NCBI RefSeq assembly: GCF_009914755.1
Contig: NC_060929.1
From: the human T2T-CHM13v2.0 reference genome, Homo sapiens
Reading direction: 5' to 3' (one strand)
DNA: 64,000 bases
The position numbers and the translations under genes were made by a program. The notes under the pieces were generated by a model. It was given only the letters and a program-made list of their open reading frames with translations, was not told where the DNA came from and did not search any database. The stretch's first letter is position 1, and each line of letters opens with the position of its first letter. Below are positions 1 to 12,903 of the stretch, one piece after another.

Positions 1-142
1 GTGTGCTGCACCCATTAACTCGTCATTTACATTAGGTATATCTCCTAACACTATCCCTCCCCCCTCCCCCCACCCCACAACAGGCCCTGGTGTGTGATGT
101 TCCCCTTCCTGTGTCCAAGTGTTCTCATTGTTCAATTCCCAC
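1..142 (-). mobile_element. L1PA (about L1PA5) 3' UTR, non-inverted part of a 5'-inverted L1; continues outside the window
   Basis: Reverse complement reads GTGGGAATTGAACAATGAGAACAC...CCTAATGTAAATGACGAGTTAATGGGTGCAGCACAC, a typical primate L1 3' UTR. Confidence 0.92.
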
Positions 143-322
143 AATAGCAAAGACTTGGAACCAACCCAAATGTCCATTAATGATAGACTGGATTAAGAAA
201 ATGTGGCACATATACACCATGGAATACTATGCAGCCATAAAAAAGGATGAGTTCATGTCCTTTGTAGGGATGTGGATGAAGCTGGAAACCATCATTCTCA
301 GCAAATTATCACAAAGACAGAA
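140..322 (+). mobile_element. Inverted segment of the same L1 (ORF2 C-terminus)
   Basis: Encodes TIAKTWNQPKCPLMIDWIKKMWHIYTMEYYAAIKKDEFMSF...ETIILSKLSQ, the L1 ORF2p C-terminus, in the opposite orientation to 1-142. Confidence 0.9.
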
Positions 323-450
323 GTGGGTACTGCTAGTATCCAAACTGTACAGATGAGGCAACTGAAACAAGAAGTTTGGAAACGAATGCAACATTCCCTT
401 CAGAGCCCATTTGGAAGACAGGCAGTCAGGCTCCAGAATCCATGTTTTTT
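323..450 (-). mobile_element. MIR fragment
   Basis: GTACAGATGAGGCAACTGA resembles the MIR core ACAGATGAGGAAACTGAGG. Confidence 0.6.
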
Positions 451-516
451 ACCAACAGGAAAAACCAATACATACAAAGCACACTTATCCACAGATACAG
501 CACTTTGACCTGGGCA

Positions 517-820
<304 letters not shown>

Positions 821-2015
821 CATTTTCTTGTCTAAATTAACACTGAGTAAGCCTTTCATTATTCACTGAACATATTCAGCCAACTGCAATAATTGTTCAA
901 ACAAAGAATTGAAGGAAATGGTTCCAAACTGAAGCTAGTTTGGAAAATCTGGAGCAAGATAATCCACTGAGATTTGAACATATCATATTAAAGATTTTTT
1001 TTTTGCCTTTAATACTGTTTGGAGTTTTCATGAGCTGTGAAGACTCAAGGGAATAAGCCAAAGTATCCTTGCAGAAATTCTGAATACCACTAAAATGAGC
1101 TGTCAAACATAAATCAGTATCTGGCTATTTTTCGACCTATTTATAAAAGTGCAGCTGTGAAATACCTCTAAAATACAAATCTGAGTACATTTATCTGAAG
1201 ATGGTACTTTTAGCAAAAACCTTTTCAAACAAACAAATGCCATCTGTCAAAAACAAAATAATTGCATTGTGTCAAAATGTTGGGGGTGAAGTATTTAAGT
1301 TCCCTGTGTAGCTGGTATGATAGATCGTGGAATTTCACCTGGTGTCAGCTTCATTCCAGCTGCCCCAGGGCTTAATGCTGGCATCAGCCCAGGTCTGGTT
1401 TTTATTGAAAGAAGAAGAAATGTGTCAGAACCAGAAAGGATTTCTGGATTTCCACTGAATACTCTCAAAGGTTCTAAGATTTCATGTTCAAGATGAATGC
1501 AGACTCTAAAATTACTCTAGCATATGTTCCATATCATTTTCAGAATTGATTTTGTTTTCAAAGGTATTAGCCTGTTGTCCTGGAAATTAGACAAAAGCCA
1601 CATGTTCCCAATGCCCTTTTCCGTGTTCATTCTCAAAAACTGTACATTAGTTTTATTAAACAAAATCAACCAGGAAAAATCATTACAAAAAGAATTTTCA
1701 GCCTCTTTGAAGCTCAAGATTTATAGAAAAGTAGATACATGCCAGAACCATATGAGTTCTGAGCAAACGCAGATGGCCCCTATTGGTATTGTTTCATTCG
1801 ACAACAATTTTTGATCACTGATTCATTGTCATATCCATCCAACTGGAAAACTCCAGGCATTTTGTTTAATTACAGCCAACAGCCTGATGCGTAGAAAGAT
1901 CTGATTGCTGATTATTAAAATTCAAGTCTCTTAAGTAGAAATTTGGGATAATCTAAAATAGAGATAGATCTCTGAACTGCTTTTAAGGAAAAAATGCCAC
2001 CTGTGTTTTAATTTT

Positions 2016-2070
2016 TAAGTACAGAGAAATTCTGAATTTAAGTACAAAGAAATTAAGTACAGAGAAATTC
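2016..2070. repeat. Three near-identical copies of TAAGTACAGAGAAATT
   Basis: Copies start at about 2016, 2039 and 2054. Confidence 0.75.
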
Positions 2071-2529
2071 ACCGCCAAAAAAAAACACACAGCATTTGAG
2101 AATGGCAGCATTGGAAGTTCTGCTCAGTCATTTAAGCTAAACAAAGTCTTGATTTCAAGCAAAAAAACATGACTAGATTTTATGTATTTATAATGTAAGG
2201 AATATAAGTGGAAAATACTCTTCTAAAAAAGACAATATTCATATTTATTGGTAAAGATAACTACTTCATTTTAGCATGATGCTGTACTCCAAGACCTAAA
2301 AAAAAAAAAAAATCCATTATTTTCTGTTATAAGCCAAACCAAAGAAAGGTCAAAAGGCTATTGTTGAGCACAACTCTATTCTGTAGCATAAGGATGTATG
2401 TTACTGTAGATTTTCAAAGCCTACTCTGTAGGAAGGAGTTCAGGGCACTTCATAAGTTTTTGTGTTCTCTGGCTTTATGCACACTGTGTGCAGAATAGGA
2501 AGTCTGGAGGGTTCCGCACATACCTGTCT

Positions 2530-2644
2530 GTAATTAGTGTTGTTAGCCATCGACTATGTCATTCTATCTAGTGTACTGGGTGCTTTGCACATCACTTCCA
2601 ATCTAAACAATAACCTTTTCAGATTAAGAAACTAAGACAAAGAA
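2530..2644 (-). mobile_element. MIR, first half (split by an L1PA)
   Basis: TTTTCAGATTAAGAAACTAAGAC resembles the MIR core; MIR-like sequence resumes at about 3698. Confidence 0.55.
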
Positions 2645-2647
2645 ATC

Positions 2648-3688
2648 TTTTAATATGCTTTAAGTTCTGGGAGACATGTGCAGACACGTGCAGGTTTGTT
2701 ACATAGGTACACACATGCCATGGTGGTTTGCTGCACCCATCAACCCATCATCTACATTAGGTATTTCTCCTAATGCTATCCCTCCCATAGCCCCACACCC
2801 CCCAAAAGGCCCCATTTTGTGTGATGTTCCCCTCCCTGTGTCCATGTGTTCTCATTGTTCAATTCCCAATTATGAGTGAGAATATGCAGCATTTGGTTTT
2901 CTGTTCCTGTGTTAGTTTGCTGAGAATGGTGGTCTCCAGCTTCAACCATGTCCCTGCAAAGGACATGAATCAATCCTTTCTTGATGGCTGCATAGTATTC
3001 CATGATGTATATGTGCCATATTTTCTTTATCCAGTCTAACATTGATGGGCATTTGAGTTGGTTCCAAGTCTTTGCTATTGTGAATACTGCTGCAATAAAC
3101 ATACGTGTGCATGTGTCTATAGAATGATTTATATTACTTTGGATATATACCCAAGTAATGGAATTGCTGGGTCAAATGGTATTTCTGGTTCTAGATCCTT
3201 GAGGAATCACCACACTGTCTTCCACAATGGTTGAAATAATTTACACTCCCACCAACAGTGTAAAAGCATTCCTTTTTCTCCACATCCTCTCCATCTGTTG
3301 TTTCCTGACTTTTTAATGATCACCATTCTAACTGGCTAGAGATGGTATCTCGCTGTGGTTTTGATTTGAATTTCTCTGATGACCAGTGATGATGAGTTTT
3401 TCATATGCTTCTTGGCTGCATAAATGTCTTCTTTTGACAAGTGTCTGTTCATATCCTTTGCCCACCTTTTGATGGAGTTTTCTTGTAAATTTGTTTAAGT
3501 TCTTTGCAGCTTCTGGATGTTAGCCCTTTGTCAGATCGATAGATTGCAAAAGTTTTCTCCCATTCTGTAGGCTGCCTGTTCACTCTGATGATAGTTTCTT
3601 TTGCTGTGCAGAAGCTCTTTAGTTTAGATTCCATTTGTCAATCTTGGCTTTTGTTGCCATTGCTTTTGGTGTTTTAGTCATGAAGTCT
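2648..3688 (-). mobile_element. 5'-truncated L1PA (about L1PA7), ~1.04 kb
   Basis: ORF2 C-terminal peptides on the minus strand (ORFs 2776-3102 and 3449-3634). 3' UTR ATGTAGATGATGGGTTGATGGGTGCAGCAAACC. TSD GACAAAGAA at 2636-2644 and 3689-3697. Confidence 0.93.
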
Positions 3689-3697
3689 GACAAAGAA

Positions 3698-3795
3698 TTG
3701 CATATATACAATTGCTCTAGAGCTACATATGCTGAAGAAAGTCAGCAGGCCCCAAACCCACGTTTTTTTGACTGTGATGCTGACCTTTTTTTTTC
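3698..3795 (-). mobile_element. MIR, second half
   Basis: Degenerate continuation of the MIR after the L1 TSD. Confidence 0.4.
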
Positions 3796-5544
3796 TGAAT
3801 CATACTCCCCGCAAAAGGGTCCATCCACAGTGGCTGCCCTAATGCAAGTCACTCAGTGTTGCTTATTATAACTTCATTTTTAAAAGCCATAAAATGGTAT
3901 GATGAAAGTACATTATAGCTAATCAAAAATTCCTGGTGTAAAAAAGTTAGGTAAAGAAATAAATAACTTCAAAGAATTATGGAAAGGAAAGCAGTGTTCT
4001 CCTAAATTGCTCCCCCTTACCACTACAACCAAATACCATATTAAAATTAGAACTATTCTAGTAAAAATTTCATTGACTTTGGATTTTGTTCTCTTAGTTT
4101 AACCAGGAATTTACAGGAAAAGAAGGTCTCTGAAAGAGAGCCTAGATATTTTCTAAAAGTGATAGAAGTTTCCCTCTGTTAACACAGTGTACCAACCCTT
4201 CGACTCATTTAAGTGATTTATTCATTTAAAAATGCATGTCCCTTGGAAGGCATAAAATACATTTACCAGACCTATGCAGCAATGTGAAATGTGTGTAAGT
4301 TTAGAGATGAGGGTATATGCATGTATACATAAGGTGATTTTATAAAAGCAAACAATCTGAAATTTTAATAGAAAGTTTTTAATATTAATGTTGATTTTAC
4401 TCAATATGTGCTCTCAGGAAAGTGTAACTGATCCTTTTTGTAAAATATATATACAGTTTATATGGTGTTACTTTGAGATGTTATGAAGTTTTTCTCTAAA
4501 TTATAACAATTTTATTACTTTTTATCATGCTTTCTTCCTGGGTGATTTTATTTCAAAGGGTTAATGGTTCATCCATGATATCCTTTTAAGAAAATATGAG
4601 TAGACCAGGATGAATTACTTGGCTGCATTCTCAAAACCCAGACTTTAAAAAAAAAAACAGGTCCTACATAAACCTGCCTCCTCATCAAAACCACACACTG
4701 AATAAATTTAGGATTGTATTCACAGATGGCAGTTCATGAAATCACTCAGCACCAAGTGCAGAATATTCTCAATGGCTTGGAAAATCAGAATGAACAATGC
4801 ATCACCAAAGATGGTGGTTGTGCTAGTCTAGAGTTTTGAATTGTATAGTGTTAAAAACTCTGCAAAATAAGTTTGCAAGAGATGTTTACAGTTTCTTTCA
4901 TATATTGTATTTACATTTTAAAGTTTCCTCAGGAATTTATAAACATCCTATGTTTTTAAACCCTACCCCAACCCCCAAAACAGAGTGCCTCCCTCATAGG
5001 ATGGAAACCAGAGGAAGGCCCATGAAATAGGGCCTTCTCCAAGGGAGACACATGGCGGTGGACTTACAACTGATATACTTACCATTTAGGAGTGAACTAA
5101 ATGCTAGATAAATGGAAACTATTCATGCTGTTGTGGGGTTTAGATCAGCTTGGTCACTTTTTATTACATTTTAAGATAACATTCTTATAATTTGCATTGA
5201 GGGTTGATACTATCTATGTGGACATTTGGGAGGATGTAAAAGACAAAGGGAAACATTCAGATTCAGAGTTGAAAAAATTTTTATGTACACCCTATATAGA
5301 TCTAATTCTAAGCCCATTGGGTAAAAAGTCACATACTTTATATAGAAAAGTTATAAACATTTTATGAATAAATATGTTTAAAAACTAAGTTAGTTTATAC
5401 TTTCCTGATTGTTTTCCTTTCTTTTCTAAATGCATTTAGGATGAAATCTCATTTGAACATGGGCTTTGAATAGTGAGGTTAGTCCATACAACAGGGTTAA
5501 CATTAAGAAGAGTGAATAATAGCCAGGTAACTACAAATAAGTAA

Positions 5545-5727
<183 letters not shown>

Positions 5728-5764
5728 TAAATTCATATACTTCTAAAAACACCTGCCCCGCATC

Positions 5765-5975
5765 CATGAACTATTATAATCACTTTACATTTGCTATTTC
5801 TTTTAATACTGACATAACCCATGAAAAGTAATATTCTTATCCTGATTTTACTATTGAGGAAACTATCTTAATGCAATGAAATGACTCTTCTAACAGCATG
5901 CAGCTCTTAAGTGGCAGAACCAGAACTTGGATCCAATTCTCTCTCAATAAAAGCCCTTTCTCTATGCTCTATTGC
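5765..5975 (-). mobile_element. MIR fragment
   Basis: TTTTACTATTGAGGAAACT...AAGTGGCAGAACCAGAACTTGGATCC. Confidence 0.7.
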
Positions 5976-6570
5976 TTCTCATAAATGTCCTATAATATAT
6001 CTATATCAAGCCTAGAGCCACTTTCTCATTATAGGATAATTTAAAGTTGAAGAATTTAGTAGAATTTTACCAGATCTCCAATGTTAACTAGTTTAGGGAT
6101 TAGAATTTAACCACAGACTATAAGGGAAAATTCCAATTTAACTTAAAACCACAAATATCATACAGAAATAAAAATCTGTTCATAGCCTGAACTAAAATCT
6201 AGGCCTTGCTTTCTAGGAAAAAAATTATAGATTTTCTACATGTTAGCCACGAGTCAACAAAACATGTCTTATTTTTGAAGTGACTCACGTAGTATTAACA
6301 TCAGGTACGGTACAGGTTTGGACTCTAAGAATATGACATGCTGAGGTGAATATGTGAAGACACACATAGCTCACGGGGGAAAAGCTATCTTTCTTTCAAA
6401 GCTGTCTCCAGAAGATACCATTCACTCTGCCTGCCCTCAAGCAGCAATTGATTCTACTGGTTATAGTAGGAAAGTTGTACTCTAATGTCATACCTGGAGA
6501 ACTTCGACAGCAGGCAGCCATAGCATACAATTCCATACCCTTCATCCCCCATCATCTCTCTCTCCTCCTT

Positions 6571-6672
6571 CAGATCAGCTATAAAATATGTGGGGACCAG
6601 TACAAAACGAAGATGTAGGGTTCCACGTTCAAAAGTTAGTAAGAATTTCAAGACAACTAGAACAGAGCATCA
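6571..6672 (-). mobile_element. MER91A-like hAT-Tip100 element, part 1
   Basis: GGGGACCAGTACAAAACGAAGATG...TTCAAAAGTTAGTAAGAATTTCAAGA...CAGAGCAT matches the recalled MER91A reverse complement. Confidence 0.75.
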
Positions 6673-6679
6673 ATTTCAG

Positions 6680-7051
6680 TCTATTAGTTCATTTTCACAT
6701 TGCTATAAAGAATTTCCTGAGACTGGGCAATTTATAAAGAAAAGAGGTTTAACTGACTCACAGTTCCACATGGCTGGGGAGGCCTCAGGAAACTTACCAT
6801 CATGGGGGAAGGGGAAGCAGGCATGTCTTACATGGTGGCAGGTGAGAGAAAGAACATGTGGAGGAGGAACTGTCCGACACTTATAAAACCATCAGATCTA
6901 GTGAGACCATACTCACTATCATGAGAACAGCACAAGGGAAACTGCCCCATGATCCAGTCACCCCCCAAGTCACTTTCCTCAATATGGGGGGATTATGGGG
7001 ATTACAATTTGAGGTGAAATTTGGGTGGGCACACAGAGCCAAACCCTATCT
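6680..7051 (-). mobile_element. THE1D/MSTA solo LTR (ERVL-MaLR)
   Basis: TATTAGTTCATTTTCACATTGCTATAAAG...GACTCACAGTTCCACATGGCTGGGGAGGCCTCAGGAAACTTAC...CACAGAGCCAAACCCTATC. Confidence 0.9.
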
Positions 7052-7128
7052 CAAACCAAGCATGAGGCCTTCTGAGCACAGGGCCCCAAGTAACTGCACA
7101 GGTCTCATATCCATAAATGTGGCCTTAT
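7052..7128 (-). mobile_element. MER91A-like element, part 2
   Basis: AAACCAAGCATGAGGCCTTCTGAGCACAGGGCCCC...ACTGCACAGGTC continues the element colinearly after the LTR. Confidence 0.75.
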
Positions 7129-9084
7129 TCCCCTAACACTCATTCCTGCAGACACATGTGATGCCTGCTGGCCTGGGGTGACCTTTATTCCCTTTCAGTA
7201 CTGCCTTTGGTGTTTCTTTTGTGTTTTTTATCTGGATAATATTGTTGGCAATATGTACCTCCTAAGAATAGGTTTGGTGTCCTCACTCAGCCACTGTCCC
7301 ATTTGGCTCAGGACGTTCTGTCCTCAACAGCCAAGGCCAAGAACTCATTCTGACATCACAAAAAATGTGTGACATGTTATCCACAAGTTGGTGATCTAAT
7401 GTACCTATCTGAACTGAACTCATGGAGATAAAGTGCTGTTTCTTAAGGTTCAATTTCACCTAAAGCAGAGATGATTCACAAATATGGAAATTTGCCTTTT
7501 GTTTGCTTGTTTTCTCAAAACCAAACACATTTATAACAAAAGATACCAGTACAATATGGCTATTAATTCTCTTCCCCTCATAAGTTCAAAAAAATGCCAC
7601 AGAATGTACTTCATCTGCTTAGCCCTCTTTTTGTGTTTCAAAGGCTCCCCACCAGTAGAACCACATGATCATTTGCACCATCTGTGCATGGGAGAGAAAC
7701 ACATTATCATCCAAGCCAATACTGAGGGTATTCTATCAAGAAAGGAACCCACTCATCAGAGAAAGGTTTTGCAGAAAAGCTCCTGCCAGAAAACTCACTG
7801 TTTCCTCCTCTCTCTCTCCCTCATTAGAAATTCATGAAGATGAAGTGCAGCTTTTGTTTCCCATCAGTGAGATGAGCCTTAATACACTCTTGCCAAAAGC
7901 AAGCTAACACAGAGTAATTGTTTTTCATCTAAATTGCATGTCCAACCTGCTTAGTCTTCAAAGAACATAGATGCTACAGCTTTGATACCCAACTGCAGAA
8001 TGACAAAGGAGAGGGCACAAAGCACATGGGCACGATGAGAATTTTTAATCACCGCCTATCTGTCAGCAAGCTCTGGAACTCTGGGGCAAGAGGAGAAGAG
8101 AGCAGATTATTCGCAAGGTGGATAAGGTTCCATATTTCATTCAAGACTAACTTCTTTTTTTAAGGGAGAAAAAAGTGATTTAGAGGGAATTAAGATTCCC
8201 CAAGGTGTTTTTAATCTCTTTTCACTCTAGGGCCAGGTGCCTCATGTAGCACTTAAAAGGGTTACAAAAATGAAAGCAAATGCCTAGAACACAGAAAAAG
8301 AGATATCCATCTACACAAAGCATTTGCCTTTGTTTAAGAAAAAAGTAGTTTCAGCTTTATGAACTTCACATCCAGACATTTTATAATTTTGATGTTATAG
8401 TTCTTAACAGATTTTTTCTCCATGAACACTACATCTAATACATAGAGGCAAAAATCATTAATATTTAACATTTTTTAATATATCAAGTCTCCTTTACGTC
8501 AATAAGTTCATTTAATTGCACATAACTGCAGAGTGTTTGTGAGGAGGTCTATGTGATGTGAATAAAACTGCCCAGAGAAATGGAATGAACAAATCTGCCC
8601 CCACTACCATCTTTTGCAGGTAGAGATACTACCTAAAAGCTGTGTGGTTCTCGTCACTGATCCCTGGGCCTCATTTTGTAACCAGGTGCTGAGACAAAAG
8701 ATTTGTCTCTGTTTATTGTGTTTGTTCCAGTTAATTTAATTCTTTTTGCCTGGTTTAAACTTCTATTTTCTAATTATATTCATAAGCTCTACCGGGACTG
8801 GAGTGCTACAATACCTTTGCTTGCACTTAGAAAATGTGGACATAAACTAAATTACTTCCACAGCTGTCAGTAAATTGTGCTACTGTCCTGTATCATCTAA
8901 ACATTAGAAATTTTTTACCCCAGGCAACCCAGTGATAGAAAGTATCTCCCAGCATGCTACCAAATAAGAGGAGACAAGCAAGTCCATCAGGCTGTGAATG
9001 TCAGAACAGAGGGAAGTGTTCTAATTGGAAATGGGGGTATTAGTGTCAGTTCCACCACTAAAGGAGCTGTACAGCTGAGGCCTC

Positions 9085-9165
9085 AGGGCCTCAGTGTTAC
9101 CTGTAAATTGAGAGTCTTGAACCATCTCCAAGGTTATTCTTCCAGTGCTAAAAAGTCTATAATTT
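9085..9165 (+). mobile_element. MIR/MIR3 fragment
   Basis: GGCCTCAGTGTTACCTGTAAATTGAG...TCTCCAAGG...TTCCAGTGCTAAAAAGTCTAT. Confidence 0.5.
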
Positions 9166-9634
9166 CAGTCTCTGTGCTTTCCTTTCTTAATAATCAATTT
9201 CGGTTTTGGAACAGAAAACTTTCTAAAGTGAAAGTTTTGACCAAAAAAACCAACTTAGTTAATTTTAGCTTTTACAATGAAGACTATACCCTACCATCAT
9301 TAAGATAGTATTAAACCCTGGAAGCACTGACATTATGTAATGACTTTGAACATAAAATGGCAATTTACAATGGTCGTACTGTACATCTGTTTGTCCAGAT
9401 ACAGATTGAAAAGAGGGACCTTGGATATAGATGTTTACCTGAGACCTTTTACCTGACCTGTTGTAACACATTTAGAAATGCTGTAAGAAATCTTTGTGAA
9501 ACTACCCCATGACTTTGAAGCTTGATACTACACCATCAAGATCCAAGTATTTCTCAAATACCCCAACGCAGCTTATGTATTCATCAGGAAGTTGAGACTC
9601 TTGGTTATATTTAAAAAAAAAAAAAAAAAAAAAA

Positions 9635-9951
<317 letters not shown>

Positions 9952-10444
9952 TCAACTTACATAATCTAAATTTTCAGGGGTATCACTAGCTTTAGGCATG
10001 TCTAAATCCAGACACTTCACATTGCCAGGGCTTGGTCTCTGAATCTTGACTGTTTCCTCAAATGATTGCTGCATTCTTAGGCACACTTTTTGTACACAGT
10101 GGCAAAGACAGCCCCCTGGCACCTCTAGGCTTAACTGGAGGGTAGGCAGGAAAAGAACTACAGATTAATTGATCTCAATAAACCAGAGTAAGTGAAGCCA
10201 GTTGGTATTATCTAGAGATTAGAGAGCTAAGCTGAAAGTTTACCAAGGAGGCAATATTCTCATGGCAGCTCATAGGGATGGAGTCTCCATTTAGCGTCCA
10301 GTAAAATAAACTATTTCATTTTTAATACCAACCTCCTCTAAGCCCAATACAATATTTTTAATGACTATGGTCACAAAATTCCTTTACTTGCCTCAGTTTG
10401 CAGAAAAATAAATGATACATACTACAGTATCAATGAAAAGAGAA

Positions 10445-10582
10445 TCTTTAGAAGTCCAGGATTCTAGTTCTGACTCTAGCAGTTTGAAAAGTCATTTAAA
10501 CTCTGTTTCATCACCAGTAAGATGAAAGTGCTGAGTAAAGTAACCTAAGGCTTGTTTCAAATCTTGAAATGTGAATCCATGT
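10445..10582 (+). mobile_element. MIR/MIR3 fragment
   Basis: GGATTCTAGTTCTGACTCT...AAGTCATTTAAACTCTGTTTCATC. Confidence 0.55.
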
Positions 10583-12639
10583 AGCGCCGACCTGGCTATT
10601 TTAATGTTTCATGTTTGGGTTTTTGCTTTCTTGATACCATTTGTTCCTCAACAAAGGAAACCTAATCACTCAGAACTCTGAGAAACACTGATCACTAAAT
10701 AGGTCAAAAACATCCTGCAAGAGATGAAAGCATTCAGAAGTTTTGCAGAAGATAAGTAGATAAGCCAATAGCCCATTATCTTGAACACTTTGGTTTTCAC
10801 AGGAAAACAAGCAAGCAGTCAACCCCAGCTTCAATACAAGCTGAGTGCCCATGTATTGATCTTCTGTCTGACTGGGTCACGGGAGTCCTGGTGTATATTA
10901 AGTAGAAAAAGGACTGAAAATTACATTAATTCAAATGGCTAAATCAATATTTAACAACGCAGTTAGTGGTCGTTGACCTTAAATGCACCTTTAATAAAAC
11001 AAAGGTGATTCAGGCCAGCCTCTAGCATATGCCATTCAGAAATATGAATTAATGCAGAACAGATGCGTTAAAGACCTCTACTAGCGCAGATGCCTTTGCA
11101 GTTTGGTCTGACTGCAAGGAGAAGTTCAAAGCCACTCTCTTAGCACAGGCAATTCGAATTTTATTCATGTGATGTTGTGTCTTCATTTATCACATTCTCC
11201 CTGTCTCAAGAATCAGACAGCCTTGATCTCAGGACATTTAAAAGCAGAAAAAGGATTTCAACAACTATTTCCCCAGCAAATTATTAGTAAATCTTTAGTG
11301 ATAGCTTTGTAACCTTGAGCACTTTCTTCATAAGTAAACATGGATGTTACCAGTTGTTACTCTAGAAGCCCTATCTTACTATATGATTTGTATATATTTG
11401 CATATAAACATATCAGTTAGTACTTCACTTGCATTAAAGATTATTGAACTAAGCTTGCTTATATTAAAGAGAATGCAAAAAAGAATAAAATAAGGAATAA
11501 ACAGAGGCAATCTCGTTAAGATGTCAGAATCATCTCAGATGCTATTAGCTATTATATCAGGCTCACAGATGTGAGACTTTTTAAAATTGCCTTGCTGTCC
11601 ATAAAATACCTTAAGCTGTACAGCACTTTAGTTATCACTGCCAAGGACTTGGTGATAACTGTAAGGAAAAGGTCAATCTAAGAATCTATTTCAATACACC
11701 TAAGGCAGCAGGAGACTCTGTGGAATTCCCAAAGGAGCCCAGGAGAGTTTACCTGATTTTGTGACCTAAGATGCTAGTGCCAAAGGCACCATTTCCACTG
11801 CATCCTGGTTTGGCTGCAAGGACAAATGTATGATAATTAGAAATCTCTCCTGAGACACTTCCCTTTGATTTGTTGTTTGGTGATGGCTACAGTTTCTCTG
11901 CAGCCTTGCTTCTCTCAGGTCTGTCTGCTGGTTACCATGGCAAAGTGGTTCAATGCATCCTATGAGCTAAATCAGCATTCTGTAGTATCCAAGCTGCTGG
12001 CAGTAGAACTTAAGAACTGGGCAGAAAGTTTCCAGGCTGAATGTAAACGTGATTGCTTGAAAATATGATCATACACTTGAATGGGAAAAGGGACATTCCC
12101 CAGAACACGATCACAGTTTCTTTGTCATCAAGGATATGGAATAAACACCTGATCTGCCTTAGGGCCAGTCACAAGAGTTCTGGGCAGGGAGAGGGCTGGC
12201 AATATATGTGAGGCTCTCCCGCTAATGCTGGAACTCGAACAGAAGTCACGTATGACACAAAGATAGCCAAGCAACAGCTTGGCTCCTAGGAAGTCCCTCT
12301 GCCTGGGGCATTCCACATACAAACCACTAGGCACACCCTACTTTTCACAGTCTCTTCACAGGGTCAAAATACTCTCTGAATTTAAAAATAATTGTAGACT
12401 AGTCACGAGAAAGGATGTTTAGAGTGTGAGAATGAATTCTCACCTCCAGCAAGGGTTTCAGGAAAGCAAAAAGAAGTAATATTTATTTTATACTCCTCCT
12501 GGAGTTAGGTAAAGGAAGCAGAAAGTTGATCTTTCGTCTTAATGATCATTTCTCCTAGGGCCATCATCCTTTACTTGTCAATCTAAATCCAACATCCCCA
12601 CAAAACTATGGAGTCCAGGTTATTTGCAAGTTTGAGAAA

Positions 12640-12903
12640 TTTATTATGTCATTTTTAGGATGAATACATCATATGCCACACATACAAATATGTGTATTAT
12701 AGTGAATTAAAGATTAATAATTATTTACCCATATGTTTATCATCTTCTTTAAGAACTAGAATATTATAAATATCTTTGAAGCCCTAGAACCTCCTGGTTT
12801 AATTCCCCTCCCCTGATACCTATTGAGGTGACCTTTACACTGAACTTGTGTTTATTGTTGCTTATCTTCAAAGTTTTATCGCAGATGTATGTGTTTCTAA
12901 ACA
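12640..12903 (-). mobile_element. Old L1ME-type 3' UTR fragment
   Basis: TTTAAGAACTAGAATATTATAAATATCTTTGAAGCCC...GAGGTGACCTTTACACTGAACTTGTGTTTATT. Confidence 0.5.
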
